Source: Octopus sinensis (lineage: Eukaryota). From it: a stretch of DNA of 64,000 bases. The notes below the pieces were generated by a model. The model did not search any database and had not been told where the DNA came from. It saw nothing but the letters and a program-made list of their open reading frames with translations. The first letter of the stretch is position 1; each line of letters begins with the position of its first letter. The translations under genes and the position numbers were made by a program. Positions 27,843-41,879 of this stretch are shown piece after piece. The stretch is from positions 38,936,001 through 39,000,000 of the forward strand of contig NC_043005.1 of assembly GCF_006345805.1 (NCBI RefSeq), read 5' to 3'.

Positions 27843-28240
27843 TGTTAAAATGGAACAGAAATAACGATATAACCAAAACTAGTTAAAGTATACAGCTTCA
27901 AAATTGGATTTGTTTTATTGGTCGTTTCACTTAACTGTCTTAAGCATGCAATGAACAAAATAAATGAATCCAATATAAATTCATCCTATTGTAAAATCGA
28001 AGAAAACCTTAAATCGTAGAGTAGATTCAAAATACATATTGTAAATAATTATATACAAAATATAAGTCAATTAATACATTAAAATTAAAATTTTCACGCT
28101 GCATTACATATCTTACAACATTATATACCCATACTAGTCCGTCTATAATATACATATATACATCAAAATACATAGATGCATGCACATAGCTACATACATA
28201 TACAGGCATGTATATGTAAGACATAAATATAATCACAGAT

Positions 28241-28272
<32 letters not shown>

Positions 28273-28292
28273 GTGTAATGTATGTATATATA

Positions 28293-28367
28293 CAAATATA
28301 TTCACATATGCTTACACATATATGTATGTATAAATGTGTGTACGCATATGTTAATATATATATATAT

Positions 28368-28398
<31 letters not shown>

Positions 28399-28431
28399 TT
28401 TTGTGTGTGTATAAATGTGTGTATACATATG

Positions 28432-28471
<40 letters not shown>

Positions 28472-28541
28472 ATATTCACATATGCTTACACATATATGTA
28501 TGTATAAATGTGTGTACGCATATGTTAATATATATATATAT

Positions 28542-28572
<31 letters not shown>

Positions 28573-28603
28573 TTTTGTGTGTATAAATGTGTGTATACAT
28601 ATG

Positions 28604-28640
<37 letters not shown>
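28293..28640. repeat. Tandem duplication of a ~175-bp low-complexity unit
   Basis: CA(A)ATATATTCACATATGCTTACAC at 28293 and 28468. Confidence 0.9.
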
Positions 28641-28641
<1 letters not shown>

Positions 28642-30444
28642 AATATAGACATATGTATGCACGCGTTTATATATCTGAACATATACGCATGCACAAAAGT
28701 TAATAGTAATAGAAAAATATCTTTATGTGTACGCATCGTTTTTACGCGAACTATTACATGACACAGAAAAAAATTAACCATTTATAAAGATGTCAGTTAC
28801 AGAAAAAGTAGACCTGTGTTTGAAGTTGACTCCACGATAAATTTCTACGTTTAAATTTCATATTTCTTTAGAAAATGAAATGTCATGTTTTACTTCGGGT
28901 CTTTTCTTTCGTTCTTTCTATTCTCTGTACGAAAATATGTTGTAGAATCACATTTTTCAGTTATAAATAGCCGTGCATAGCATTATGCACATTTATTTAT
29001 GCAACCATGTTGAAGTGAGCGATAAATTTGTTATGCGTTGTCTGTAAATGCGTATATGTGTTTCTGTTTTCACGTTGATAATGACTTCGTATAGTTATCG
29101 TATCGTTTTATGTCTTTTCATTTTTATTTTATCTAGATTTCTGGTGTAATACAGAAATCAAAAAGGTATGAGAATGCTAACTAAAACTATTTTCGGTATC
29201 AGTAATAATAACACAAATATTGATGCATCGGCAAATTGATTTGTATGTACCGCTGATTGGTCTATCATTTCTTAGTTGAATAACTGGTTATTTGACAGAG
29301 GAGGTTAATTGCGACAAATTTTGTAGCGCGAGGTGAAGAAATATGTTAGAAAGATTTGCCTTTTTCTTTTCTCTTCTCGATTTTTTCTTTTAATGAAACG
29401 TTTGCAAAAGGTTATTCTTGAACAACCAAATGTATGTTCCTAATTGCATTATACTACAAATACTTTAAATGGAATACCTATAAAAAAAGTATTTTTAATA
29501 GTAACAGAAGGCCAAATATTTTGTAGGCGAATATCATCGATGAAAGTTACTGCAGTATTCAGTTGATATTTATCATATTGCCCGCTAAGGTGAATAGAAA
29601 GTCAAATTTAATCTTGGCTAGTCTATATTTCTGAATGGAAAAATAGGAGTTAAGTATTTCAAGCTATTTTATTTATCCTACATCCAAAAGATGGTACACG
29701 GTTACTGGTGGGTATTTCCAAACAAAGGTACAGTCGTTACTTCTTTTATATCTAATAGACACCGTTTTAAGGGTTGCCTTAACAAACACTTGCAGCATGC
29801 AGCACGGATTTTTGTCAGTGAACAGGTCGCGGTCTTAAAGCGACGAAAATATTTTCACAAATTATACTTAAATGTTGAAGTGAATCGAACGGCTTTTGTG
29901 TGTTTCTTAAATGGCTTACAAACACCTTCCACACTGCAATTGTTTTCGTTTCAGCACACGATCTCAGATCAAATCACTTGCTATGCAAGTACATCTCCGT
30001 AAAACTTAACAGTGTTGGATTATAAATGTATAGGTATATTATATAAATTTTGATAAATTCATTGCGTTGATTGTAGTGCTATTTCTATGTGGAATTATCG
30101 TTGGCGACTAACGGTGGAGCTATTTCTAGCACTAGAGTTAACATATTCAAAGTTGGCTCTCTTATATTTACGGTTATATAAATTTTGTACATTTTAGTAA
30201 CCATCAGCTAATAAAAGAACAACGTTTATAACACATACTCAGCATAATAAATAATAAACAAGTAACGATACAGACCACACATGCTATACAAAATCACAAC
30301 CGAATAAAATAACGCAACAAATATTCGATACTCGATACAATACCTCACTCTCTATACATTTGTTACCTTTTTTGTTATTGGTTGAGTCTGGTGGAAAGGG
30401 CATGCCATAACGTTTGATGTCATTAATATTCCGTTTAAGGTGTT

Positions 30445-30775
30445 GTGTCACCTTGGGCAAGTATCTTCTATTATAGCCACGAGCCAGCCAAAGCCTTGTG
30501 AGTGGATTTGGTAGACGGAAACTGAGAGAAGCCTGTCATGTATGTGTGTGTGTCTGAGTGTCTGCCTGTCTGTTTTTCCCCACTACCACTTGACAACCGG
30601 TTTTGTGTGTTTACGTCTACGTAACTTTAGCGGTTCGGCAATAGACCAATAGAGTAGGTACCAGGCATATAAAGAATAAGTACTGGGGTGGATTCATTCG
30701 GCTAAAAAATATTCTTCAAGATGGTGCCCCGGTATAGCCGCAGTCTAATAACTAAAACAAATAAGAAAAAGAAAA
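30445..30775 (+). mobile_element. CORE-type SINE, family B (head missing)
   Basis: CCTTGGGCAAGT CORE-like motif, GCCTTGTGAGTGGATTTGGTAGACGGAAACTG, internal (TG)n and a GGTGCCCC..GCCGCAGTC 3' tail; matches 31207-31407 and 36481-36632. Confidence 0.8.
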
Positions 30776-31088
30776 GGAAAAGAAACCTGACTCTGGAGCA
30801 GAGACTGAAGCGTGTCCGTTGGTGAACGAATACCAATGTGTCGAATAGCTCTTCTCTATTAAATATAGCACAACTATCACAGACCATATACTACGCAATT
30901 TACGTTCAGCATTAACACACGCAATACCAAATCACACAGCATTGAAGAAACGTAAAATTACTCTACAGAATAACACACATTGCACATCATCTACGTAAAC
31001 TCGAAACAATATGGTTGCAGCAGAAATAGCAAAACTCCTAGAACTAAACGAAACTGATATAATATACAATTTTCGATATTGTCCGTCG

Positions 31089-31174
<86 letters not shown>

Positions 31175-31206
31175 TACGTATATATGTATGAGTGTGTATA
31201 TGTTTG

Positions 31207-31407
31207 CGTGTTTGTGTTTGTCCCCCCAACATCGCTTGACAACCGATGCTGGTTTGTTTACGTCCCCGTAACCTAGCGGTTCTGCGAAAGAGACCGATAG
31301 AATAAGTACTAGGCTTACAAAGAATAAATTCTGGGGTCGGTTTGCTCGATTAAAGGTGGTGCTCCAGCATGGCCACAGTCAAATGACTGCAACAAGTAAA
31401 AGAGAGT
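31207..31407 (+). mobile_element. SINE family B, 3' half
   Basis: CTTGACAACCG...GTTTACGTCCCCGTAAC...GGTGGTGCTCCAGCATGGCCACAGTCAAATGACT, followed by a GTAAAAGAG tail. Confidence 0.8.
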
Positions 31408-31950
31408 ATCACCGTACAGTACAAGTTATTGGAGTAGCAAATATATGCTATATGCTTCAAATTTGTCTGTCATTAAACTGTTCTAGAACGTGTACGTGTG
31501 TGTGTGTGTGATTGTGTGTGTGTGCGCGCGTGTGTGTGCGTGTGTGTGCGTGCGTGTGTGTGTATTTCCAAAACAAATATGCTTTTCCTCGAACTGTAAT
31601 TTTTACACATTTCGATCGAATCACCAACGAGTTAAAACGGGACGTCCAAATTACAATGTAAACTTCATTTAATCAAGGTGTCCTTGGCCTGAAGAGTAGC
31701 TTCCGGTCTAACCTCACTTTGATAGTTACAGATTCCGAGCTTCTGCTAGCTATGAAACAACAGTAGCCCGGATTTTATCTACACTATTCATTAATTTTGG
31801 GATGTTATTGCTAACCGCGAACGATTAAATTAACTTTTTCAGCTGATTGTACTTCCATACGAGAAACATTCAAAACCTTCTGTGCCAATAAACCACTACT
31901 GTTCCTGAAAGCTATTTTTCATATATTCTACCGATCGTAACGTCTTACAC

Positions 31951-32016
<66 letters not shown>

Positions 32017-32021
<5 letters not shown>

Positions 32022-32277
32022 TGTTCCTTCTCGAGCCATTCCTGGCTCATAAGAGCTGGTTTCCTTGGCGTTAAGGTTCCCCACAGGTGAGCTACAAGAT
32101 GCAGGAGGAAGAGTGAGAGAAATTTGTGGCGAAGGAGTCAGCAGAGGTTTGCCATTACCTTCTGCGTGGAGCTTTATGTGTTTCACGCTTAAACACACAT
32201 CGCCCGGTCTCAGATTCGAAACTGCGATCCCTCCACCGCGTGTCCGCTGCTCTAACCACTAGGCCATGTGTCTCCAC
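32017..32277 (-). mobile_element. tRNA-derived SINE, family C (tail type 1)
   Basis: Minus-strand head GTGGAGACACATGGCCTAGTGGTTAG (A-box) and GTTTCGAATCT (B-box); ends GAGAAGGAACAAACAA. Confidence 0.8.
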
Positions 32278-32280
32278 ATG

Positions 32281-32362
<82 letters not shown>

Positions 32363-33213
32363 TTATATATATTATATATATATATATATATTATATATAT
32401 ATATATATATGATATATATATATATATATATTATATATATTTTGCTTCACAAGGTTCTTGGGGCGAAATCGGAAGTTAAAACAAATGTTGTTATATCTGG
32501 AATTGGTCATTTTGCCATTAAAAAGACACAAACACACACCCACGCACACACATACAAACACACAGGTACAGACGCACGTACAGTCGCGTTTACGTAACAT
32601 AGAAACACAAGATGGGCTAAATATAATAAGGAGAGTGAAAAGAGACGCAGAGATGAATATTCATTGTGGTGGCCATGGAAAGTGTGACGAAAGACATTTA
32701 ATAGAATGACAAATAACGAATAATATCAGAATTGAAGTGAATGTCAAATAGTGCGTGTTAATTGACAGAGTGACCACTCCGAAATATAACACACACACAC
32801 ACACACACACACATTTATATATAACATACACTCACAGGGACTCACACACACGCGCGCAAACAGATAAATTTTGTTAAAATCTCATAGCTGGTATTTACAT
32901 TTAACAGGCGTAGGAAAATTCAAGAATAGTATTGACGGCGATTGGGAAGTTCCAGCCAGCGAAGCAATTATATGGGCAAAAATAGCCAGAAACCGGCCTG
33001 GTCTGGGGGGTCTGTCAAGTCGATAGAAGATGGTAGGCTTTTGCTTGCAATACTTCGATACATACATACATACATTCATACATACGTACATACATTCATA
33101 CATACATACATACATACATACATACATACATACATACATACATACATACATACATACATACACACATACATACATACAAATATGTGTATGTATATATGTA
33201 TATATGTATATAT

Positions 33214-33750
33214 TCGAGTGTTACTGGTAACACGTAACCCAGTACAACCTGTTGCATGGTCGGGTCGTCGGCGACTAAACCGGCAACCCCACCAAGTTTG
33301 CTTGGTGAGGAGGGTGTTTATTGGACACCCTGCGGGATGAAAAACAAAACTCGTCAAAGGCGGAGGAACTCTTGAGAGTCAACAGCCATCCAATAAATGT
33401 CTTAAGGCTGTATCATGCGCGGGGACATAGAAATAATCGGACTGAATACCCGATCGCGCGGTTAAACCATTGGGAGTGAAGGACTCCTAGCCTTTGTTAG
33501 GACATCCTTCTAGAAGGTAACTCAGGTAACTGGGATAACTCCGACATAAAACCTGCGGCTCAATGGTTACCGAAGATGTTGACTAGGTCTTCTTTTCGGA
33601 TTATGGCTGCTGTTGCTTAGTGAGTGGGATTGACTCAGTGCACAGTCTTTCCTCACTGTAAAAAAATCTTCTTGCACAGGCATTGCACGATAACAACATT
33701 GATTAAGCTTCGTGCAATGGCCATACTCGATAACGAGGGGCCGCTACCAT
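33214..33750 (+). repeat. Unclassified repeat family X (copy A); non-coding and hairpin-rich, with an RTE-5'UTR-like motif
   Basis: Colinear with 52075-52660 (minus) over its whole length. It contains GGATAACTCCGACATAAAACC, reminiscent of the AACTCTGA..AAACC motif of RTE 5' UTRs (from memory, unverified). Confidence 0.7.
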
Positions 33751-33810
33751 GTATAGATATATATATATGTATGTATATATATATATGTGTGTGTGTATGT
33801 TTGTGTGTGA

Positions 33811-33848
<38 letters not shown>

Positions 33849-34850
33849 TGTGTGTACATCCACACAGGAGCATAATTGACTACGACTATACGGTATCGAA
33901 GATTTCTGGAATACTCAAAGACATAGTGTTTAAAGTAAATATGTAAAACTAAGTTGACCCAAGTAGTGTAAATATCACATACATGCTATCAGAACATCAG
34001 AACGCCTATCGCAACGATATTTCCCCATCAAGTCAGACATTCATTGCCGCATCGATATCATTACAGAGATTTGTGTGTCTAAATAAAAGAGGACAATTAT
34101 AAGGTTTTCAGGTCGTTGCTTGTGCTGTGGAGTTTCACAGTCGGTGACTAACAGATAATTCACTGCCTGATTAAAGATGGCGAGGTGTATGCAGAAGAAA
34201 AAAAGACAGCATGCTACTTTAGTGTATCTAAGTTGAAGTAGTTAGTGGTTGGTTGATGCTGCAAATAAAACCGAAACTATCTTGTTGAACTGAGGCTTTT
34301 ATGCCAAGTCAATAACAACACAGCATTTATAGTTCTTATTCACTGGGTTTGGTTTCCCATAAAAAATCTTCCTGTCGAGAGAAGAAGTTATTCGAAGAAG
34401 AATTACTTAGAAGGTAATACTGTATAGAATTTTATGTGCCATTGTTCTGTAGGAAATTTGGTATTGCTACTTTGCGTCTACCATATTTTAATCATCATGT
34501 CTTAGAGAAAAACGATCGTCTGCATTTAGCTTCAGTATTTTATGCGACTTTATACATTATTTATTTTATAGTAGAGATAGCGAATGACAAAAGACGTGCT
34601 CCGTAAGTTAAAGACGTAAATAAAAACTCAAGATCATTCGACATTTCTGTGGAATAGTGCCAACATGGAGAAAAGTAAGAATGAAAACAAAAAAGGCAGT
34701 GAATAGTAAAGCGGAAAGAATGAGATAGCAAAAATACTGAACAGATAAAATAGAGAAAAATGTATGATTTAGTCATACAAAACCTGGCTAATATTTTTAT
34801 GAAGCTCAACATCAGGAAACAAGGAAAAAAATAATTACATAAAATATAAA

Positions 34851-34927
<77 letters not shown>

Positions 34928-35024
34928 CGTATGTATGTATATATGTATATAATATTTATATTCATATGCATATATATGTGGATACATGCATACATATACA
35001 TACATATATATATACATACATATA

Positions 35025-35055
<31 letters not shown>

Positions 35056-35087
35056 CATACATAGACATACAACACACATACAGACAC

Positions 35088-35149
<62 letters not shown>

Positions 35150-35738
35150 TTCTCTGACGTTAGAGACTGGCAGGAATTCGGGCCCATTATTATGTCGCTT
35201 GTCAATATAAAAAATATTACAAGTCATAAAAATTTGAAGAGACAGACGACAGTTAAGTCCCCTCGGGCAAATTACTTTCTGGCTTCTTTTTTAAACTTTC
35301 GAACATTCTAGTGCAAGATTTACAAGATAGATTTTTTAAGGCTGGTTTTTAGTACATACTTATACATGAAGACACTTCAATGTGAATGTATTGCAGGAAA
35401 CCCAGAATTTAGCATTATATACGGTCTTTTAGGCAACGTTGTGCATATACATATATATATATATATAGCTTGGTGGAGCGATGAAAATCGAAGCAGAAAA
35501 AACTACAAGTAGTACTGTTTATATAACGGCCATTGTTCGACCTTTTGTTCGCAAAGTGTTTTTAACTTCATATTTGTATAGTATCATTTATAGCTTTATC
35601 TACAACGAGTTTCGCCGTTCAAAACTAGAAATATTTCTCTTTCTCTCGAACTTCTTAAATTTTGATAATATTAACACACGTGCATACAAACACACGTGCG
35701 TGTGTGTGTTTGTGTCTGTGTGTCTGTGTGCGTGTGTG

Positions 35739-35776
<38 letters not shown>

Positions 35777-36442
35777 GGGAGAGAGAGAAGAAGATATAGA
35801 TATATCCCCACTTTGTGAAACAGAAGGATCATCAGAGTATAACAGACATCTGTGTACCATACTTAATGCAAATACATCGTTATAAGTCCAATTCATTGCG
35901 ATATTTATCCGATTCATCAAATGATAATTTGGATGTACAATATTTCAAATTATATATCAGTAATAATGCAATATCATGAAGTAGAGGCAGTGAAAACCCT
36001 ACCTGTATATTGTTGCTTCTGCGTGCTTTTTAAGTAGCAAATGCCTTCTGTCAATCTCACACAAAGAAAAGTTCATCGTCACTGATATAGGAAAAGGTTT
36101 ACTGAAATATCAGTGGTGTTGCTGTTGGTTCGCTAGGTCAATAAAACTGCGATATGTGCATAAGAGACAGTATTAGATTAAAATGGACCTATGTATTCAT
36201 ATTTAATACAAAGATCGTGAAAAGGCAAATTCCCTAAAGATGATTTTCGTCTGCCAGTGATGTATTTGTGTTTTTAAACATTAGTAAGTCAATAAGAGAT
36301 ATTATCTCCTGACGATTACAGTAGTTAAATTGCTTTTTCTTCATCTATTTGCATTAAATATGATACTTGGAGTTTTATACATACATACATACATACATAC
36401 ATGCATACATACCCATGCACACACACGTACACACGCGCACGT

Positions 36443-36480
<38 letters not shown>

Positions 36481-36632
36481 CGGGTTTCTCTCAGTTTCTG
36501 TCTACCAAATCTACTCACAATGCTTTGGTCGGCCCGAAGCTATAGTAGAAAGCATTTATCCAAGGTGCCAATCTGTGGGACTGAACTCGGATACATGTGG
36601 TTGGAAAGCAAGCTTCTTATCACACAGCCACG
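36481..36632 (-). mobile_element. SINE family B, 5' half (tRNA head + CORE)
   Basis: Minus strand GCGTGGCTGTGTGATAAGAAGCTTGC...GAGTTCAGTCCCACAG..CTTGGATAAATG..TTGTGAGTAGATTTGGTAGACAGAAACTG. Confidence 0.75.
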
Positions 36633-36809
36633 CATGCGCCTATATGTGTGTGTATGTGCATAAATATTTTGGACTAATGGGTATATGTCAATTAGTGTGT
36701 TGAAGTGTTTAGTGAAACACTAGCACAGTTTTGGCTGTCTGGTGTCATCTGCAGTCGGGTTATATTACCGTTCGATCTAAATTAGAATCTTCGGAGTGTT
36801 TGTTGAGAC

Positions 36810-36919
36810 AATAATAATAATAATAATAATAATAGTAGTAGTAGTAGTAGTAGTAGTAATATCAATAATAATAATAATAATAATAGTAGTAGTAGTAGTA
36901 GTAATATTAATAATAATAA

Positions 36920-36985
<66 letters not shown>

Positions 36986-37012
36986 TAATAATAATAATAA
37001 TAATAATAACAA
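36810..37012. repeat. (ATA)n/(GTA)n compound trinucleotide microsatellite
   Basis: Directly visible. Confidence 0.95.
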
Positions 37013-37704
37013 TTTCTTAAATAACCAGAAGGATTTGGTTTTAATCTTTATTTTCTACAACGGTCGTTTCGACCCATCCTGCTACTGTCCCTTATGGCTG
37101 GGGCTCCGTTTAACATATTGTTCTGTTTCCATTATGCAGTCTGAGTGTCATCAGGTACATCAATTCATAGAGTTGTGTCTAGTTAACGATCCTGAGTTTT
37201 GGATGTCATGTTGTTATATCCCCATCTGGCTAGGGAACGAAACGTCGCTACAATATTTCAATTAATTTTATTTTTCTATACGAATTGCTAGCATTTGAAA
37301 ATATAGACAAACAACTGTTGAGAAAAAATTGTAGGGGTAGTGAATGCGTTGACAGGCGTAGATTTTGTTAGATTGTGTTTAAGGCACAGGAATTGTACTA
37401 GAAAAAGGAAGGGAAAGATATATGTAGACTACAGTCTCTAGGGGTGAAAGGTTGTTTAACAAGCTACCTCACGTCGGAATGCGTATACATACATTCGCAC
37501 ACACACACTCGGATATACACTCACACATACATATACACATATACATTCACATGTCCATGTGTATATATTTACGCATGCATATACTTCCACGTACCCACCT
37601 ACATACATACATTTTTATACACACACACGCGCAACCACTCCACACACACAGGTGTACACATATACCCATACGGATACATGTGTTTATATATATATATCAC
37701 CGTG

Positions 37705-37985
37705 GGACCGGGCTGCGTGTTGTGTTCTTGAGCAAGGCACTTTATTTCACGTTGCTCCAGTTCACTCAGCTGTAGAAATGAGTTGCGACGTCACAGGTGC
37801 CAAGCTGTATCGACCTTTGTCTTTCCCTTGGATAACACTGGTGGCGTGGAGAGGGGAAGCTGGTATGCATGGGCGACTACTGGTCTTCCATAAAACAACC
37901 TTGTCCAGACTTGTGCCTCAGAGGGTAACTCTCTAGGTGCAAACCTATGGTCACTCATGACCGAAGGGGGTCTTTAAAAAAAAAG
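37705..37985 (+). mobile_element. SINE family D, 5'-truncated, flanked by a 9-bp direct repeat ATCACCGTG
   Basis: TGTGTTCTTGAGCAAGGCACTTTATTTCACGTTGCTCCAGTTCACTCAGCTG core and A-rich end; highly similar to 38407-38685. Confidence 0.85.
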
Positions 37986-38404
<419 letters not shown>

Positions 38405-38406
38405 GT

Positions 38407-38685
38407 GTTCGAATCCCGGACCGGGATGCGGATTGTGTTCTTGAGCAAGACACTTTATTTCACGTTGTTCCAGTTCACTCTGCTGTAGAAATGAATTGCG
38501 ACGTCACAGGTGCCAAGCTGTATCGGCCTTTGCTTTTCCCTTGGATAACACTGGTGGCGTGGAGAGGGGAGGCTGGTATGTATGGGCGACTGCTGGTCTT
38601 CCATAAACAACCTTGTCCGGACTTGTTCCTTGGAGGGTAACTTACTAGGTGCAATCCCATGGTCAGTTATGACCGGAGGGGTCTC
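38407..38685 (+). mobile_element. SINE family D, truncated at the B-box
   Basis: Starts GTTCGAATCCC and is colinear with 37705-37975. Confidence 0.85.
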
Positions 38686-38763
38686 AGAATATATGTATAT
38701 GTATGTATATATGGGAAAAAAGTCAAGGTAGAAAATACTAAAATAATTTTATGAAAAACATTT

Positions 38764-38800
38764 CAGCACCGGTTTCAGTAATTGAAACTTTTTCAACTGT
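38764..38800 (-). ncRNA. Decayed minimal hammerhead-like motif in a pLTR-like fragment
   Basis: Minus strand reads cag-TTGAAAA-AGT(ttcaatt)ACT-GAAA-CCGG-TG-ctg. The stems and palindromic CCGG are retained, but the core has several substitutions. Confidence 0.3.
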
Positions 38801-39009
38801 AAGTATGGAAAACAATTAAATTTTGGAAAAGTTAAAAGAAAATTTTTTTAAAAGAGTATTTGCATAGTATTCAAATACAAGGGTCATTTTCCTTGTTTCT
38901 GCCTGTCTCTTTCTCTCGTTTACTCTTGTGGGTTCGAGGTCCGCCTAGCACAGATTGACCTTGAACTCTGCTGTGCATGGGCACTACGTTTTAACGTTCT
39001 AGCTCACTT

Positions 39010-39165
39010 TCCCTGTTTACAGCACTGCTTAGAAGGAAGGTGTGTAGCGTGTGATCGTCGCATTGACCATGATAGAGAAAGCTGAGCAGAGAACCTGCAT
39101 CAAATTTCTCCAACATCTTGGAGATACCTGCTCAGACGCCTACACAAAGTTTTCAAAAACTTTTC
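39010..39165 (+). mobile_element. Mariner 5' region / transposase N-terminal relic
   Basis: MIEKAEQRTCIKFLQHLGDTCSDAYTKF resembles the mariner N-terminal EQR.CIKF..LG motif. Confidence 0.7.
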
Positions 39166-39261
39166 ATCGTTTTCGTAGGCACAAACTTGGCAGACACGCG
39201 TCTCATACCCGAATCTTCAGTGATAATGAACTGAACTGAACCGTAACTAATCTGCACATCC

Positions 39262-39591
39262 TCTGATGGATGGTGATTTGACGATATCCCCTCACAGGTG
39301 CACACACATCTGCGATGTTTTTCCCGGTTCTACTGGTTGCGGGTCTCCCAGAACTTTCGTCAATATCGTCATTTTATCGTCCATCCTAGAAACATCTGAA
39401 CTACAGGTACACCTCATACAATCCTCTTCATACACATTCTGCAACTTTACGTAGGCCTCTTAGCAGGTATCACCATGACAAATTTCTCTTTTATGGATAA
39501 TGCGATGATTACACGCTACACATCTTCCTTCCAAGAACTACCGTAAACAGCGACAGTGGCAACAGTCCGGATAATTATTGATCAGACCTCG
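39262..39591 (-). mobile_element. Mariner left end with TIR and degenerate transposase start
   Basis: Minus strand TA|CGAGGTCTGATCAATAATTATCCGGACTG (TA at 39592-93), then GDTC*EAYVKLQNVYEEDCM; homologous to 39010-39165. Confidence 0.75.
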
Positions 39592-40485
39592 TATTTGTCT
39601 AAATTTACAAATGTCTGCAATCCGTATCGAAAGATAAAAGCAACTGAAAATTGTAGCAATGTTTTATATCCTAACCAGACGGGCATATAACGACATGAAA
39701 GTCAAAACTCAGGATCTTTAGCTAGACACAACTTTATGTATGGATGATACCTGATGAGACCCAGACTGCAGAATGGATGCGACGCAACATGTTAAAAAGA
39801 GTCCCAGAGAGAGAGAGAGAAAGAGAGAAACTTTTGCTTGAATAACACACCGACTTTTGTAGGGACTGGAATTTCACAGTTACACATTATATTATATCTC
39901 ATTACCTAATTACTCTAAAATATTTCTCAGCCAATGTTGCTCCAATTCCTAAGAACATTTTCATTTCAGTTATTTCTTAACTCACAGACATATTGTAAAG
40001 TAAAGGGAGTATTTTCTCCACCCTTTTGTGCGAAGGCGTGCATTCAACTTCTTAATCTATCTTCAGCGCGAACACATACACACGCCACACACTCGCACTG
40101 TCACACACACAAATACACACACACGCACACAGATATGTATATCTATACATACCCTCTGCGTATGTTTCGTCCAATATATACCACTGACTTGTAAACCATA
40201 ATTGTGCAGCTTCCAGATATATTAGTCATGATGGAATTGATGGTCGCTCATGCTTGTAGCATTGATGTGATATCTGGGAAACAATATAATATAGTTCATA
40301 ATAGCTCGTGATCTTTCAGGCAACCTGCTGACGGAGTGCGTGGAACATTTGTGTATGATTGAGAGACGAATGTTTAATACCAGCAGTAATTTTTCTAGCT
40401 ATTTAATGGCCTAAAATACAGAACCAACATTAAGGAATCTTCTTTTCATTATTAAGGAATCATTTCCAAACCCTAAAAAGCTGAC

Positions 40486-41268
40486 GAGGATGGCGCAGGC
40501 GTTGTACAACGACTTCAAATGCACAATAGCCGATTTCTCGGACGACGTAGTGTTGCTATCATCCACCTACGGACTCATCCAGAGCAAGACACACAGATTA
40601 ACTGAAAATGCTGACAGAAGGGGAGTTGTACTCAACCCAGAAATATGTAAAACACTAAGAAATAGCGCGAGACAACAAGCTCGTGTGAGAACCGGCGACA
40701 ATGAAGTGGAAGACGTCGAAAAGTTTGTTTTCTTCGTGATGATAGTTAAGAAAGACGGAGGCGAAACTGATTCTATGAAGAACAGGAAGCATTCTACAAT
40801 CTCACAAAGTATGGTGAAGCAAAAGTATAGGCCGCGAATCGAAGCTGTTCAAGACTTTGGTTTGACCAGTATAATTACTCTGGAAAGTCACAAAAATGGA
40901 AGAAAACCCACTGCACAGTTTACAGTTCACATGCTTAAGGAGAATACTCAGCATCAAGTGGCTGCAAAGATTCCGAAATTACGCTTTTGAGGAGGGATCA
41001 GTGACAAAATAAGACAGATGTTGGAGCTGGATCGGACACGCCTTCAGTGATATAACGTGGTACTAAAGTGGAAGCCTGAGGGGACAAGAGGAGCTGAGCG
41101 CCCTAAAACCACATGGCAAAATACAATTGACAAGGAAAGGAGACGAGAATGGTGGAGAAGCTGAATTGAAACCAGAACAGAGGCAGAAAACAGAGCTGGT
41201 TGTAGAGATCGTGTTGCTGCCATATGTACCTCATGGCACAGAGAGAACTAACGAACTAACAAACTAAC
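40486..41268 (+). mobile_element. RTE-clade LINE, 5'-truncated RT C-terminus with an (AACT)n-like tail
   Basis: DFSDDVVLLSST..IQSKTHRL.ENA..G...N..., EVEDVEKFVF, and the C-terminal WKPEGTRG..RPKTTW...AICTSWHREN*; several frameshifts. Confidence 0.85.
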
Positions 41269-41818
41269 ATAAATATCAGGAGTAATTTTATGTTAACAAT
41301 ATTAAGGTAGATAGAGTTATCAGGACAGCATCGCTTCCAACCAAAACAGAAAGCAAACTACACCACAAAATCCAACTTTGAATTCCCCATAACAATAAGA
41401 AATATTTCATCATATATTTTACTTCCCTGCAGACAAAGTTATCGGAAAGTGAGGTAACGACCAAATATGAGGTTATGAGAATAGTGTCGGTAACTATACT
41501 ATAGTAGTAAATATTTTTCCCAAAGTATTCGGAGTAGAATTTTGTGATGGAAGGGTACAATAGCGCTTTATCGAATTCGGTGAATCTGTAATTATATTTG
41601 CTTTCTTATTTTTTCGATCACTTCTTTACAGGGGTTTTGTTTTTCTATAGAGATAATTTCATTGTAAAATGCGAACTACATACAATGAGCAAACTCATTC
41701 TAAACGCAATTTAAACCAGGAAAAAGTTATAATTTACGTAAAATGTAGTAATTTTCATATAGTTGCAAATTCGCACACACACACACATATATCTATGCAT
41801 TTATATATATATATATAT

Positions 41819-41879
<61 letters not shown>

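Noticed and set aside
29691-30002. 103-aa plus-strand ORF in unique sequence
   Set aside because: No recognisable domain or splice signals; the length is compatible with chance.
33214-33300. Possible HDV-like ribozyme at the 5' end of repeat X (GG..hairpin..CUAA; G.U-closed 7-bp helix in copy B)
   Set aside because: I could not build P2, P3 and L3 in the required order; the pairings are nested hairpins, not the double pseudoknot. A descriptor search would settle it.
39750-39800. CTGATGAG...GCAACATGTT
   Set aside because: GAAA is absent (GCAA) and stems I and II do not pair.
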